A stretch of DNA of 64,000 bases from IMG/VR virus record IMGVR_UViG_3300025018_000091; one strand, given 5' to 3'. Source of the stretch: a virus. Its lineage: Duplodnaviria; Caudoviricetes. Shown piece after piece: positions 30,360-41,162 of the stretch (positions within the stretch are counted from its first letter, which is position 1; each line of letters opens with the position of its first letter). Under the pieces are notes generated by a model. That model saw only the letters and a program-made list of their open reading frames with translations. It made no database searches and had not been told where the DNA came from. A program made the position numbers and the translations under genes.

Positions 30360-30806
30360 ATAATGAATTTCGGCATGACAATTAGGACAAAGTAATTCCA
30401 AATTATCCATATCATCATTACCACCATCGCATCTTCTTATTTTATGATGTACTGTAAGAATATCTACATTTGGATAACTACAGTGTTCGCAAAAAGAGCC
30501 GCGCAATGAAACTAACCTTTCTTTTAAGATCCTTCGTGATTTTACTTTGTCTTTTATTGGTCTACCAGGACTCTGCCTATAAGTAGACCCAATCCTTAAC
30601 TTATTAGCACACCCTTTACTACAAGTCTTTTTATTCAAACCACTTTTAAACATTTCTCCGCATATTGAGCATTTAACAAATATAGTATTCCATTTGCTAT
30701 AACACTCAATACTACAAAATACATTTCCGCCTTCTATTTGTTTCGGTCTTCTATAAATACTTTTATTACAAACCTTACAATTACAATTTGGTTTTCGGTT
30801 GATCAT
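30351..30806 (-). CDS. HNH endonuclease
   Basis: FCS repeats; LTVHHK...NLELLCPNCH. Confidence 0.88.
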   Translation of the reverse strand: MINRKPNCNCKVCNKSIYRRPKQIEGGNVFCSIECYSKWNTIFVKCSICGEMFKSGLNKKTCSKGCANKLRIGSTYRQSPGRPIKDKVKSRRILKERLVSLRGSFCEHCSYPNVDILTVHHKIRRCDGGNDDMDNLELLCPNCHAEIHYGR

Positions 30807-30822
30807 ATTTGTGTATATATCA

Positions 30823-30859
30823 TCAACTAACGCAATAAACCAGACTCTACCACGTTTCC
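30823..30859 (-). pseudogene. 5' half of a Ser-type tRNA truncated at the anticodon by the HNH gene
   Basis: GGAAACGTGGTAGAGTCTGGTTTATTGCGTTAGTTGA matches the D arm of the neighbouring tRNA-Ser; no 3' half. Confidence 0.6.
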
Positions 30860-30874
30860 ATAATAATTTTTAAG

Positions 30875-30964
30875 TGGAGGAAGGAATGGGATTCGAACCC
30901 ATGGACGCCTTTCGACGCCACTACCTTTCCAGGGTAGCCAAATAAACCGCTCTTGCACCCTTCC
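30875..30964 (-). tRNA. tRNA-Ser(GGA)
   Basis: CT GGA AA, long variable arm, CCA. Confidence 0.93.
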
Positions 30965-30966
30965 AT

Positions 30967-31041
30967 TGGAGATGTAGATGGGAATCGAACCCATAACATT
31001 AGTTTTGCAGACTAAGCTCTTAACCATTCGAGCACTACGTC
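30967..31041 (-). tRNA. tRNA-Cys(GCA)
   Basis: CT GCA AA, CCA. Confidence 0.92.
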
Positions 31042-31076
31042 ATGTATAGTATATATCAGAAAAGTGATATATCATA

Positions 31077-31799
31077 TTATCTTTTTGATCGAAACACCTT
31101 TACTTTATAAAAAGCGGACCTACTCAATGGATACACACAAAGAATTTCTTCTGAATATACCTCTTCAAAAAATTCAGACTTATCAAGAAGCGTATGTTCG
31201 CGGAATGTTACCACTCGAACCTCTCCGATCAAAGCGATTCTATCCAACATCTCCTGCGTCGTACTCGGACCAAACGAATCATACATATAAAACACCGTCC
31301 CATCGGAGATATCTACATCCAATACATCCGAATGAATCGTTTGAACGTTTTGCAGTCCAAACTATCTTGATAGCTTCCTAGAATCAGCTACCCTTGCCGT
31401 GTCAACTTCAATTCCCCTAACTTGACAATTCGTAATAAGTCCAATAAGGTTAATGAATATCCCACGACCCGAACCTAGATCATAGAATACATCATCTTTA
31501 GATAGATTTAACATCTTGATTGTTGAGACCATAGCCGCAAACTCAGTTGGACCATAGTGTGCATCATCTCTCGGAACCTCTTGTCGTGAATGATTATCTC
31601 CAAACTTGAGTCCACACAAAGCATATAAGTATTTGTATGTTAAATTGTAACCATCATAATCACGAACCAACTGTTCTAGGTGCTTGAGAAGGTTATCACC
31701 TCTTAATTGACCCGAAAGGATTTGATTACGATCTTCTCCTGCTTTGACAATAAGAAGATTTCCAACCTGTATTCTGTGATCAATGTCGTCTTGTGTCAT
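31077..31799 (-). CDS. DOT1-like class I methyltransferase interrupted by an in-frame TAG at 31362-31364
   Basis: HYGPT, DDVFYDLGSGRG and GIEVD; the frame continues FGLQNVQTIHSDVLDVDISDGTVFYMY. Confidence 0.7.
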
Positions 31800-32407
31800 A
31801 TTAATTCAACATATTATTATTTTCAATACTAATTTTTAATGCGGCTTCTGTCATAGGAGAATCAACTCCACAGTTTTTAATAAGAAACCTAGCAACACCA
31901 TGAATAACAGACAGTTTATCTGAATAATCTACATTAGGATAATTCATTACAGCTGACAATGTAGCATATACCTTATCGGCAGCATCCTGATCATCAAAAT
32001 TTACAATTGGTTCAATTAAATTGATTATAGCCTCTGTGGCTCTAGTTACATCACCCATTATATTTCCTTAAGTAAAAGCAAGTAAATCTAAAACTTTTTC
32101 AAATTGTTTCTCAGTATACTTCTTACCTTGAAATGAAAAGATCTTAGCATAAAGATCATATGCTACAATTATCCCAATATTAGTATCAGAAAAGGCTAAT
32201 GTTCTGTAAAGAAAACACATATCCTCTTTTCTTTTATAAACTACAACCATCTGACCTAATTTAGATTCAATTTTGTTCTTTAACGGTACAACTATCTCTG
32301 ATTCCATTATCTATACCGCACATTTTTATTAGTTAATTGGATTTTAGTTAAATCCAATGTTGCAGCTAATACAAAAATAATAATAAGAAAGAAATACAAA
32401 ACTATTA

Positions 32408-32752
32408 TCATAGATCATCAATATCCGTAGCAACGGTAACAGTATCATCAATAGAAGTAGTATCATCAACAGACGTAACAGATGTGGCTTTCTTGGTAGA
32501 CTTTACACCCCTTTGACCCTTTATGACTCCACCATTCTTTCCACGTGTAACATACGCTAAATCAGTATTATGAACATAATGATTTACGAAATGAAGCACA
32601 CTCTTAGGTTCCATTGCTACCATTAGCCCAACAGTTTTGGCAAGTTCCTTGATTTGGATTCTCTCACCGTCACTCATTCCATCTAAAACCTTCTCAGAAG
32701 CATTAAAGATTAACTCTACGCCTTCTAACATATTTTTAATATTTTGACTCAT
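32408..32752 (-). CDS. Hypothetical protein
   Basis: 114 aa ORF behind a sigma70-like promoter (32798-32825). Confidence 0.6.
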   Translation of the reverse strand: MSQNIKNMLEGVELIFNASEKVLDGMSDGERIQIKELAKTVGLMVAMEPKSVLHFVNHYVHNTDLAYVTRGKNGGVIKGQRGVKSTKKATSVTSVDDTTSIDDTVTVATDIDDL

Positions 32753-32840
32753 TTTAATTCTCCAATTTAAATTTTTGGTATTCCAAGAAACACCCTAAAT
32801 CTAAACATTATCCAGCCGTAGTCAAGTACAAAATATTAAA

Positions 32841-33389
32841 TTAAATATCTAATCTTCCTCTAATTTCCTCATGTAATTCTTTATTAGCTAGATTAAAGTT
32901 AGAAAATCTTTTATCTTCAGTGACTTCTTTTATTACTTTCAAGAAAGAAGGTATTTCTACTTTATCATTTATATCCTCTAATTCTATTTCAAGAACTGCC
33001 ATACCTTTTAATGCGCCTTTGAAAACATCTAGCTCAAATAATTGGTCATGATATTCGAATACAAATCTTGTTTTCTCAATAGGGACTTTATCTTCATTTG
33101 CTTTAGTTAGAAGTTTTTCATATATAGCTTTAGAGATTTCCTTTTCTTTTTCTTTATGAACTCCTGGTTCGACAGGTTCTTTTTGATTGAAATGATATAC
33201 TGTATCTGTATCTCCAGTCAATCCTTGAACTGTTTTTCTAACTCTTGCAGCCTGTTCTCCCTTAAGAGAAGTTAGATATGTTTGACTAATTCTTTTAACA
33301 TCTACTAAATTATCAAACATCTCAGATAAAGATGACCAAGACTTAGGAAATTTAACAAGAAATTTGCGTTCCTTTTCTAATTTTTCCAT
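32841..33389 (-). CDS. CYTH domain protein (triphosphate tunnel enzyme)
   Basis: EKERKFLV, IEKTR, FELDVF and VLEIEL. Confidence 0.88.
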   Translation of the reverse strand: MEKLEKERKFLVKFPKSWSSLSEMFDNLVDVKRISQTYLTSLKGEQAARVRKTVQGLTGDTDTVYHFNQKEPVEPGVHKEKEKEISKAIYEKLLTKANEDKVPIEKTRFVFEYHDQLFELDVFKGALKGMAVLEIELEDINDKVEIPSFLKVIKEVTEDKRFSNFNLANKELHEEIRGRLDI

Positions 33390-33416
33390 TTATTTTCCCA
33401 TAATAATAGTTAGATA

Positions 33417-33762
33417 GGAGTAAATCTATAAGCGGAGTCCTGTCTATAAATCGAGACAATCATTAATCTTGGCGAACAATTACTCATTCGCTCCAGCGTC
33501 AACCCGGAAACTCAGACGAGTAGTCCTCAATCATTTCCTGTTCGACTTGCAGCACATAGGGTTTGCAAATGCCACTCATATCACTATGAGTGCGGTAGGC
33601 TCTTACCCTGCCTTTTCAACCTTACCATTTTACTGGCGGTATGTTTTCTGTTGCACTTTCCGTCACCTCACAATGCCTGGGTGTTACCCAGTATGTCACT
33701 CTTTGCTGCTCCGACTTTCCTCATATAACCGCCGGTTATATGCGATTGTCCAATCTACTCCC
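33417..33762 (-). ncRNA. rnpB: RNase P RNA, bacterial class A
   Basis: GAGGAAAGUCGG near the 5' end, GGAAAGUGCAACAGAAA, GGUAAGAGCC, ACAGGACUCCGCUUA near the 3' end, P1 GGAGUAGAU/AUUUACUCC. Confidence 0.93.
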
Positions 33763-33786
33763 GTCTAACAAATCTTCGTATGCCAT

Positions 33787-33814
33787 AATATAATCACTTC
33801 AATCGCGATGTCAA
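33787..33814 (-). promoter_or_regulatory. Sigma70-like promoter TTGACA-N16-TATATT upstream of rnpB
   Basis: Consensus match. Confidence 0.65.
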
Positions 33815-33969
33815 TAACATGTGTTTTTTAAAAATTAAAACGTTGAAAATCTCTACAAAAATCCGAGAAAAATCATATTATTTGCGACACATGTACCAGT
33901 ATATTATTGAGGTAACCATGGTCGCATTACTAGTTGCATTAACTATTGTTGTTTGTTTATCAATAGAAA

Positions 33970-34488
33970 TTATTCTTCCCAAACATCACAAAGATAATCA
34001 ATAAAAAAATCAAAAGAAATTGGTGCAAATGCATATTTTCTTTTGTAATATTCACTATCTACTGCTTGCTGACTATCCATCTTATCAATTAATTTCAATT
34101 GAAGTTGACGGCTATACTTTCCAGCACAATTCCTAGAACAAAATGGACCAGCTTTGCCTTTTTTAGCCTTATCTCTAATTAATCTTGGACTTCTTTCAAA
34201 TGGTTTCCCGCACCAAGCACATTCAAATTTTACTTTTTTAACTCTTCGAGTATCATCAGCAGAATGTTGATCCCTAGGAACTATTCTTAGGTTTTTTAGA
34301 TCATTATTATCAATATTACTATCGATATGATCTACAGTTTCTAGATTAGGATCTAGTTTTCTGCCTAATTGTAATTCAAGAATCCACTTTGGATAAGATA
34401 CGGTACGACGTTTGCCATTGCGTTCAACCACAATTACGATTTGTCTACCATCTTTTCTCTTATATGGACCAAAAACCTTCATACACAA
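33970..34488 (-). CDS. HNH endonuclease
   Basis: ETVDHIDSNIDNNDLKNL; FCSRNC. Confidence 0.85.
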   Translation of the reverse strand: MCMKVFGPYKRKDGRQIVIVVERNGKRRTVSYPKWILELQLGRKLDPNLETVDHIDSNIDNNDLKNLRIVPRDQHSADDTRRVKKVKFECAWCGKPFERSPRLIRDKAKKGKAGPFCSRNCAGKYSRQLQLKLIDKMDSQQAVDSEYYKRKYAFAPISFDFFIDYLCDVWEE

Positions 34489-34501
34489 TATGGGATTATA
34501 T

Positions 34502-35356
34502 TCACCAATCTGGATAATTTATAGGATCCTTATTAGTAGGAGACCATTTTAGAACCTTATCCTTGAGGTGCTTTGGAATTTTATTCCAATAAGCCAGCTC
34601 ACCAGAAGATAACTTTCGATCTTTACGAGCAACCATATTATAACCAAATGGTCTCTTCCAAATGTCCTTAATACCAATAACATTCCCTTCTTTATCCAAA
34701 ATATCTTCCTTAGTTAGATAAAGGTATTCAAGACTACTATATCCATAATTATAATGATATCCGGTTCTCCATTGGTACTTCCATTTTTCATGGTCACTAC
34801 CACGATGTTTCTTACTTTTAATCACTGGGACGAACCAATATGGTTTACCATCTACTAATCCAATAATTTTACCTCCAAGCCAATTGGTTAGCTCTTTAGT
34901 ATTAAACTTTGGAAGTTTTTCTTTCTTAGGTCTGGTCTTCCTGCGTTGAAGAACACCATTGTCATCTACATAGAAATCCCAACTAAAATATGAATATTTA
35001 TGACAAGAAGGATCTGGATAAATATCTACGCTATTCCTAATAATATTTTTAATTTCTCTATCATCAGTAGTTGAGACTACTTTTAGTTTAGCTACTAATT
35101 GAGAATGAACTTGATTCCAGGGTTCTCCAACATGAGAGTTTAACCAACGACGAATGGGACGCCAATAACCTGACCAATAACTTCCTCCCCACATAGGTTC
35201 TTTTTTTGCAATATCATATGATAGGGGTGCATCATCATCTATTTTAGCGCGAGTACAAAACTCACGTTCACTCAATCTTACTTGACGAGTAGTATATTTT
35301 TGTCTATGTTTATCCCAACCACTATCGGCACCATTATCTCTATGTGTTCTCGACAT
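34502..35356 (-). CDS. Hypothetical protein
   Basis: 284 aa, GGAGA RBS; RRWLNSHVGEPWNQVHSQL and FYVDDNGVL motifs. Confidence 0.65.
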   Translation of the reverse strand: MSRTHRDNGADSGWDKHRQKYTTRQVRLSEREFCTRAKIDDDAPLSYDIAKKEPMWGGSYWSGYWRPIRRWLNSHVGEPWNQVHSQLVAKLKVVSTTDDREIKNIIRNSVDIYPDPSCHKYSYFSWDFYVDDNGVLQRRKTRPKKEKLPKFNTKELTNWLGGKIIGLVDGKPYWFVPVIKSKKHRGSDHEKWKYQWRTGYHYNYGYSSLEYLYLTKEDILDKEGNVIGIKDIWKRPFGYNMVARKDRKLSSGELAYWNKIPKHLKDKVLKWSPTNKDPINYPDW

Positions 35357-35670
35357 ATATCATCTCCAAGTAATTAACATTAGTCTTACTAACACCGTAT
35401 TGCCCTGCTTACTCGATGGGGCGCGGCGACCTTCACTGAAATACAAATATAGTTTTAATTCTATTTATCGCTTTGTCTTGATCAAAATTAGCGAAATCAA
35501 ATAAATCTATATTCATTACTAATTTCTTTTCTTTAAAATTAAATATAACTCTATGTTCTAAATCAGTTTCATACACTTTTATTTCGGTTATTATATGACT
35601 ATCAACATAAGATTTAGTTATAGAATATTTACGATTTTCTTCGTAAAGATTCACACACTCTCTATCAATC

Positions 35671-36852
35671 TTAATTATAGGCTCCCATAATATCAAATCT
35701 ATCTTCTAATTTCTGAATATAAGCAGCTCTACCCGACTCTAATTCCTCTTCAAAATCTTCAGAAAGCCAATGTTTAGGAATTTCATATAATTCCCACTCA
35801 TCACCATTCTTCATAAGAATAATCATATCTTTAGTGTCTCTAAGACGAGGATAGTATTCAATTGTTAATGCAATAGAATCATGATAAACTGCCTTATCAA
35901 AAGAACCAACCTCTCCCTCATCAGCGCCTGGAAAATACCAAGTTCGATATTTCAAACTAAAAATTTTACAAATCTGCTGGGCTATATAAGTAATCCTATT
36001 ATGTAACAGGACATCATATTGACTTAATTTCTTGATAACTTCAGTGCGCTTTTCAAAAAACTCTTCATTTAACGGACTAACTTTACCAAAATCGTTCATT
36101 AACATTCTCCATGACAAAATGCATGTTGTATTTTCCCAGCGAAGCTGACCACTACAAATCCCTTAAAAGTATCTCCATCATCAACGGCTTCAGAAGCAAA
36201 CCTAAATTGTAGTGCCTGTTCGTTCATAGACTTAACACCCTCAAGTCTCCAGTTCTCAGGCTTTATTACCTCTAATTTAAGGAAGTCAACCATTCCACCA
36301 ACCTCTTCAAGCAACTCACCATAATCTCCATATGGAGCTATATTAATCATATCTTCAATAACAATATCCACATTATCATTAATGTAATCTGCTAGACGCT
36401 CATACATCTGATTAAAAGATAATCCAAGTTTTTCTTGCACTTTCTTTTCAATATCTTCAGCCTCATCCTCTTTTGTTATTTCTAAATCATTATATGACTC
36501 AATCATAATCTGTAGATTCCTTTTTATAAAAATCGTATAATGCTTGGTAATCTTTCTTAAAAACTTTCTTTGTGTCTTTAATCATTTGTTTTAAAATTTC
36601 TTTTTCTTCTTTCACATCTACGAAATCTACTTTTGTTTCTTTGGTATATTGTTCTTGCTGCCTAATCTCTCTAAAAGCAGCGGCTAAAGCGAATTGTTGA
36701 TAATCCATCCCAGCTATTACATCTGGGATACTAGGTTTTTCCCTTTTAACTTCCTCTAAATAAGAAGCGAAATCTTCTAGACAAACAGTTCTATTTTTTA
36801 CATAGTTCTCTCTATCTGTTATTCTATCTGGATCTTCCTTCTTCTTTTTCAT
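35671..36852 (-). CDS. Three overlapping hypothetical ORFs (35671-36117, 36099-36506, 36499-36852)
   Basis: Co-oriented acidic ORFs with overlapping ends. Confidence 0.55.
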
Positions 36853-37481
36853 CGAAAACTATAAGCCTTTTTTGTAATAGAAACAATATCACTAATATTT
36901 GCCATAGCTCCAATTCCAGTTGTCCCACAAGCCAATTTCTTAGAAATAGGCTCAACTAAAACAAATAGCCTCTTAGAAATTCCCGGAGAAACCCGTTCCA
37001 TATATCTGTGGAAATCAACATCACCATTTTTATAAAAACGATACATGTGTGTAAGTTCTTCTATATTACGATATGTTGCCGGATGATTCCACATATCAGT
37101 ATTCATTGCGGGAGCAACTACAATAGGCTTCTCTGCTTTCCATGCTCTAATTGTAGATGTCAATAGATTGTCAGACATTCCATGAGCAATCTTTGCTAGG
37201 GTGTTGGCTGTCAACGGTGCCACTACCAACACGTCTGCCCAATCTTTTAAATAGATATGAGGGATCATCATGGACCCGTCGTCGTTGACGCGCTCATACT
37301 TAATAGGAAATTCGTCTTGGTCGTGCCATGTGGGGCAATGATATGCTTCATCATCTACAAAATGTTTTGCAGAATCGGTCATAACAACATTAACTTCATG
37401 ACCATCATTCTGAAAAGCCATCACCATTTTAGGCGTAAGCTTTGCAGCAATGCTACCAGTAACTCCTAATAGAACTTTCAC
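36849..37481 (-). CDS. coaC: Phosphopantothenoylcysteine decarboxylase (HFCD flavoprotein, CoaC)
   Basis: VLLGVTGSIAA, HIYLKDWAD, APLTANTLAKIAHG, APAMNTDMW and KLACGTTGIGAM. Confidence 0.9.
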   Translation of the reverse strand: MKVLLGVTGSIAAKLTPKMVMAFQNDGHEVNVVMTDSAKHFVDDEAYHCPTWHDQDEFPIKYERVNDDGSMMIPHIYLKDWADVLVVAPLTANTLAKIAHGMSDNLLTSTIRAWKAEKPIVVAPAMNTDMWNHPATYRNIEELTHMYRFYKNGDVDFHRYMERVSPGISKRLFVLVEPISKKLACGTTGIGAMANISDIVSITKKAYSFR

Positions 37482-38191
37482 GGCTTCTCCCCTATAAAAA
37501 ATAACGTGTCATATAATCTTTTTGGCAAATCATTCCTATTACACCCAGAAAGATGATCTACTCCATTTTTATTGGAAACAATAAAAGCCCTATCTTTTGA
37601 CCATTCCAAACAATTTGCCACTATAATATCTGCACCTGAATGATGCATACTTTTTGTTGCAATATCCGCTAACTCTTCATCAGTCATTCCAACTTGAAGC
37701 TTGAACTTCACAAGCTTGCCTTTGAAGCCCCATGGATTACGAATCTTATCAATAATCTTTTCAGTAGGAACTAACTTCAAAAACAACTCATTAGCTGATG
37801 AAGAAATCTTCTTAGAAGAATCTATTTTCTCCATTCCAAAATATCCTTTTGAATTAGGAATATAAGTTCCCTCAACTTTATAGTCACTTACTGCCGCAGA
37901 ATGAATAACAACATCATAATCATTTGATATAATTTGTTCTTCCATTAAAGCACACAGCTCATCATATGTTTTATATGGAAGTATATTAATGTGCCTTATA
38001 TTTTCAACTAAATGATGATGTGGATTAGATGTAATTAACGTAACTTCATTTTGAAAATGAGAATCAATAGGCGCCTTATAACAAAAATATCTTGCTAATT
38101 CAGCTCCAGTTCTACCTTTAAAGATATTAGAAATACATCTTACCTTATCAATCATTACATTAGTAGAACCGGCAGTTATTAATATTTTCAT
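37478..38191 (-). CDS. coaB: Phosphopantothenate-cysteine ligase (CoaB)
   Basis: ILITAGST...DKVRCISN...GRTG, IHSAAVSDY and LVKFKL. Confidence 0.88.
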   Translation of the reverse strand: MKILITAGSTNVMIDKVRCISNIFKGRTGAELARYFCYKAPIDSHFQNEVTLITSNPHHHLVENIRHINILPYKTYDELCALMEEQIISNDYDVVIHSAAVSDYKVEGTYIPNSKGYFGMEKIDSSKKISSSANELFLKLVPTEKIIDKIRNPWGFKGKLVKFKLQVGMTDEELADIATKSMHHSGADIIVANCLEWSKDRAFIVSNKNGVDHLSGCNRNDLPKRLYDTLFFIGEKP

Positions 38192-38493
38192 GGTTTTCCT
38201 CTACTCCTACGTAATCTATCTTTATTCTTTTTAATTGTTACCTTACCGCCAGGATCTTGTTTAGAAATAAACTTAACCATCTTAGCAAAGACTTCATTGG
38301 TCATTAAAACTTCTGGAGTATTGTATTTCTCTTCTAATTCCTTATTGGAAAAACAAGCATGGATTGCTTTGTGGCAATCTCTACAAATTGTCTCTGTAGT
38401 TTTGCCACCCCTAGAACGCGGGACCATATGATGATCTGAAGGATAATAATTAAGTCTTTCGCATATTGGACATATCAAAAAAGAATCATCCAT
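38188..38493 (-). CDS. Small HNH protein
   Basis: CPIC...SDHHMVPRSRGG...ICRDCHKAIH. Confidence 0.85.
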   Translation of the reverse strand: MDDSFLICPICERLNYYPSDHHMVPRSRGGKTTETICRDCHKAIHACFSNKELEEKYNTPEVLMTNEVFAKMVKFISKQDPGGKVTIKKNKDRLRRSRGKP

Positions 38494-38494
38494 T

Positions 38495-39328
38495 TTATTT
38501 AAGATTTGGTAAATGTAAATCTAGTTCATATCGAACTAACATATCAATTTGAATAACTAATCTTAATGGTAATGTAACTAGAAAACGAGGAGCAGAACCT
38601 AAAAAGTTCATAAGTTTCTTTTCTTCGTACCCCATTAGCGCATCTAACACTGATGTGTTGCGTTTCCTAATATCATCTAATTGCGTAGAATAATGAGGGT
38701 GCAATGATATCATATCTAAAACGCGAGAATCCTCATCAGAATTACTAGTACCAACACCTATTCCTTCTTTAATAAGAAAATCATAGACCAATGACTGAGT
38801 TTCAATATTAAACCTTTCATCTATAAGTTTTCTTATATTAGACTGACTATTAAGAGCATCTCTTAACTTATAGGCATGTTCTAGACATTTATAATAAAGA
38901 TTTAAATTCAAAGACCTATTTTTATATTCTTTCATATAATTAAGATCAATTGATTGCTCTTCAGTAATATCCAATGGGGTAGCATTGTCGCTATTTTTTA
39001 TAAAATCATCAAGAATATCTCGTAAATCTCCAACAGATATATCGTGAGTGTCATAATCTCTTGCTAATAGTAATTGTCCGTTATACATATGAAAATATGG
39101 AACAAGTATAGGAGTATTGCTCTGTTGTTTTATTTTTTGTAATTGTGCATCATGCATTAGCAAATACATAAATAATTTAATATCCCCACGTTTCCCGCTT
39201 GTAGTATGTGGGTTACTTGGTCTCATAGGTAATTCTTCTAGAAGTTTACACCAAGCCTCCTCAATACTTACCGGTACATCAGCCTTTTTAATATCATCTA
39301 ATAGTTCTTGATCATCAATCATAGACAT
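38495..39328 (-). CDS. Hypothetical protein
   Basis: 277 aa ORF. Confidence 0.6.
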   Translation of the reverse strand: MSMIDDQELLDDIKKADVPVSIEEAWCKLLEELPMRPSNPHTTSGKRGDIKLFMYLLMHDAQLQKIKQQSNTPILVPYFHMYNGQLLLARDYDTHDISVGDLRDILDDFIKNSDNATPLDITEEQSIDLNYMKEYKNRSLNLNLYYKCLEHAYKLRDALNSQSNIRKLIDERFNIETQSLVYDFLIKEGIGVGTSNSDEDSRVLDMISLHPHYSTQLDDIRKRNTSVLDALMGYEEKKLMNFLGSAPRFLVTLPLRLVIQIDMLVRYELDLHLPNLK

Positions 39329-39362
39329 TAAATTTTCCCTTTTATAATATAGAATACAAATG

Positions 39363-39437
39363 TGGCAGGGATGCTAGGTGCTGCCCCTAATTTTGCGGAT
39401 TCAAAGTCCACGGTCCTAGCTGATGAACGACATCCCC
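39363..39437 (-). tRNA. tRNA-Gln(TTG)
   Basis: CT TTG AA, CCA. Confidence 0.88.
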
Positions 39438-39703
39438 ATTTTTAAATACTTAACTTCAATCCAACTATCAAACATATATGGTGGAATCCATATAGTGATA
39501 ACTCCGGTTTCTTTATTAAAAGAAACCGCTTTTAATTCATTAGATCGCGGTATACTAATGATCGAAACTACATCTTCTATGTTTGTATATGCAGCAGCTA
39601 TATTGTAATAATAACCAACTGCCCATGGTGGTATATAGAAGTTTTCTTTTATCAAATTTAATTCAGGTTTAATAACCGCAGGTATACGATATGGACTTTC
39701 CAT
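39416..39703 (-). CDS. Hypothetical protein (MESPYRIPA...)
   Basis: 95 aa ORF behind promoter 39710-39737. Confidence 0.55.
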   Translation of the reverse strand: MESPYRIPAVIKPELNLIKENFYIPPWAVGYYYNIAAAYTNIEDVVSIISIPRSNELKAVSFNKETGVITIWIPPYMFDSWIEVKYLKMGMSFIS

Positions 39704-39771
39704 ACACCTAAATTAACCATGAAAAATAGCGCGTCAAGTATCTGCTCAATTTAATAATTTAATATCCATTT

Positions 39772-39847
39772 TGGTGGGCTATACAGGTAACGCTCCTGTG
39801 TTTACTCCATATCAGAGAGTCGTCGTAAACTTTTGGACCAATAGCCC
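39772..39847 (-). tRNA. tRNA-Ile(GAT)
   Basis: CT GAT AT, CCA. Confidence 0.85.
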
Positions 39848-39893
39848 ATTGTCAATGCTCGCTACAACCTTTAACGTATGGACCAAGCAATGC

Positions 39894-39969
39894 TGGTAGC
39901 AGAGACGGGAATTGCACACCGTGACCTCCTGGGTATGAACCAGACGAGCTGCTTCTGTTCTACTCTGCA
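39894..39969 (-). tRNA. tRNA-Met(CAT), initiator-like
   Basis: TT CAT AC, 1:72 mismatch, CCA. Confidence 0.82.
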
Positions 39970-39980
39970 ATAACTTTCAA

Positions 39981-40565
39981 TTAATAAGGATACTTCTTCA
40001 TAACCTCATCATCTGTAGGTACGTCTTTATTAACCTTATATAGCGCTCTTGAGATTCTAGAAACGCTTATTCTTTCACCTTTAATACATCTACCAGTATC
40101 ATAAATAGATAAGCCTGATAGTATTCCATACTTCCTGCAACCGTTCATACTTCGATGCATTGCATGGATACCTGCTAACAAACACTTTTGTCTATCAGCA
40201 ATAAGCTCTGGTCCAGTCCAACCTTCTTTGGTTTTTCCTCGACCAATATTCATAGACATCATACACCAACTAGCTCCATTATCTCCTCGTTTTTTACCAG
40301 TAACAATCTCCTGTCTATAACCACCAGTTTCTTCTGATGATATTATTGCAACCAAAGCTGCTTCTTGCGCTCTTGCCCATTTACCACCAAACCATGGTGT
40401 ATGTGATGGATCATATACAATCAATTGTATATGACCCACTACTTCATTAACGTACTCAATGTGAGCAGCTTGAAGTGCTTCATCATTTGGATGCATTCTC
40501 TCTGGAGTAAAATTACCCAAGATAATAGATACCAACCAAATACGTAGTATTTGTACAGCAGTCAT
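39981..40565 (-). CDS. Secreted lysozyme/transglycosylase-like protein
   Basis: N-terminal hydrophobic segment; ALVAIISSEET followed by GDNGASWCMM. Confidence 0.45.
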   Translation of the reverse strand: MTAVQILRIWLVSIILGNFTPERMHPNDEALQAAHIEYVNEVVGHIQLIVYDPSHTPWFGGKWARAQEAALVAIISSEETGGYRQEIVTGKKRGDNGASWCMMSMNIGRGKTKEGWTGPELIADRQKCLLAGIHAMHRSMNGCRKYGILSGLSIYDTGRCIKGERISVSRISRALYKVNKDVPTDDEVMKKYPY

Positions 40566-40645
40566 TATACTCTCCTATTAAAATCAACTAATTAAATTTA
40601 TTTAATTAATCTACAGTATGAAGTATAAATGACTAAATATTGGCA

Positions 40646-40721
40646 TGGTGGTACATACTAGAGTTGAACTAGTATTTGCTGTTTATCAGACAACCGTCTT
40701 AGACCGTTGGACCAATGTACC
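40646..40721 (-). tRNA. tRNA-Ile(GAT)
   Basis: CT GAT AA, CCA. Confidence 0.9.
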
Positions 40722-40727
40722 ATAGAA

Positions 40728-40891
40728 GAAACAACTAAAATTTGAGTGATAGCATGCCTTTCGGCATCATCGCGTCTACCATTCCGCCACAATCTCAGAC
40801 CTCTCGGCACGTAGAGAAAGGAGGGATTCGAACCCTCATAACTGTTAAGTTAATGATTTTTCTAAATGTAATCACTACAGGCATTTGTTTC
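40728..40891 (-). ncRNA. Y RNA (YrlA-like) copy Y2, circularly permuted tRNA module
   Basis: GAAACAAAUGC/UUGUUUC; AGUGAU/AUCACU; T-arm GAGGG-UUCGAAU-CCCUC precedes D-arm GGCGGAAUGGUAGACGC. Confidence 0.85.
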
Positions 40892-40892
40892 A

Positions 40893-40968
40893 TGGTGGTG
40901 CCCCTCGGGATCGAACCGAGATATCAGGATCTTCAGTCCCGCGCATGAGCCATCACTGCCAGAGCACC
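40893..40968 (-). tRNA. tRNA-Phe(GAA)
   Basis: CT GAA GA, CCA. Confidence 0.92.
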
Positions 40969-40990
40969 ATGAAGTCATTTATACGAAAGA

Positions 40991-41066
40991 TGGTGGTACC
41001 TACTGGATTTGAACCAGTGACGCCAAGTTCTTCAGACTTGCGCTCTGCCAACTGAGCTAAGGTACC
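40991..41066 (-). tRNA. tRNA-Phe(GAA)
   Basis: CT GAA GA, CCA. Confidence 0.93.
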
Positions 41067-41162
41067 ATTGGTGGGGCATATTAGGAATCGGAGCCCCCGT
41101 CCCGAACATTGTTGTCATCCAACATCTCATATCGTAAGATATGATTTAATAATGTTGGCGTC

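Noticed and set aside
39981-40565. Host assignment from the resemblance of this and other proteins to myxobacterial sequences
   Set aside because: An impression only; it needs BLAST or phylogeny of EF-Ts, rnpB and the Coa proteins.
41068-41160. tmRNA 3' end (TTCGGGACGGGGG...CCCCACCA)
   Set aside because: The T-stem does not pair, there is no G3-U70, and no matching 5' end was found; it looks like a chimeric or degenerate fragment.
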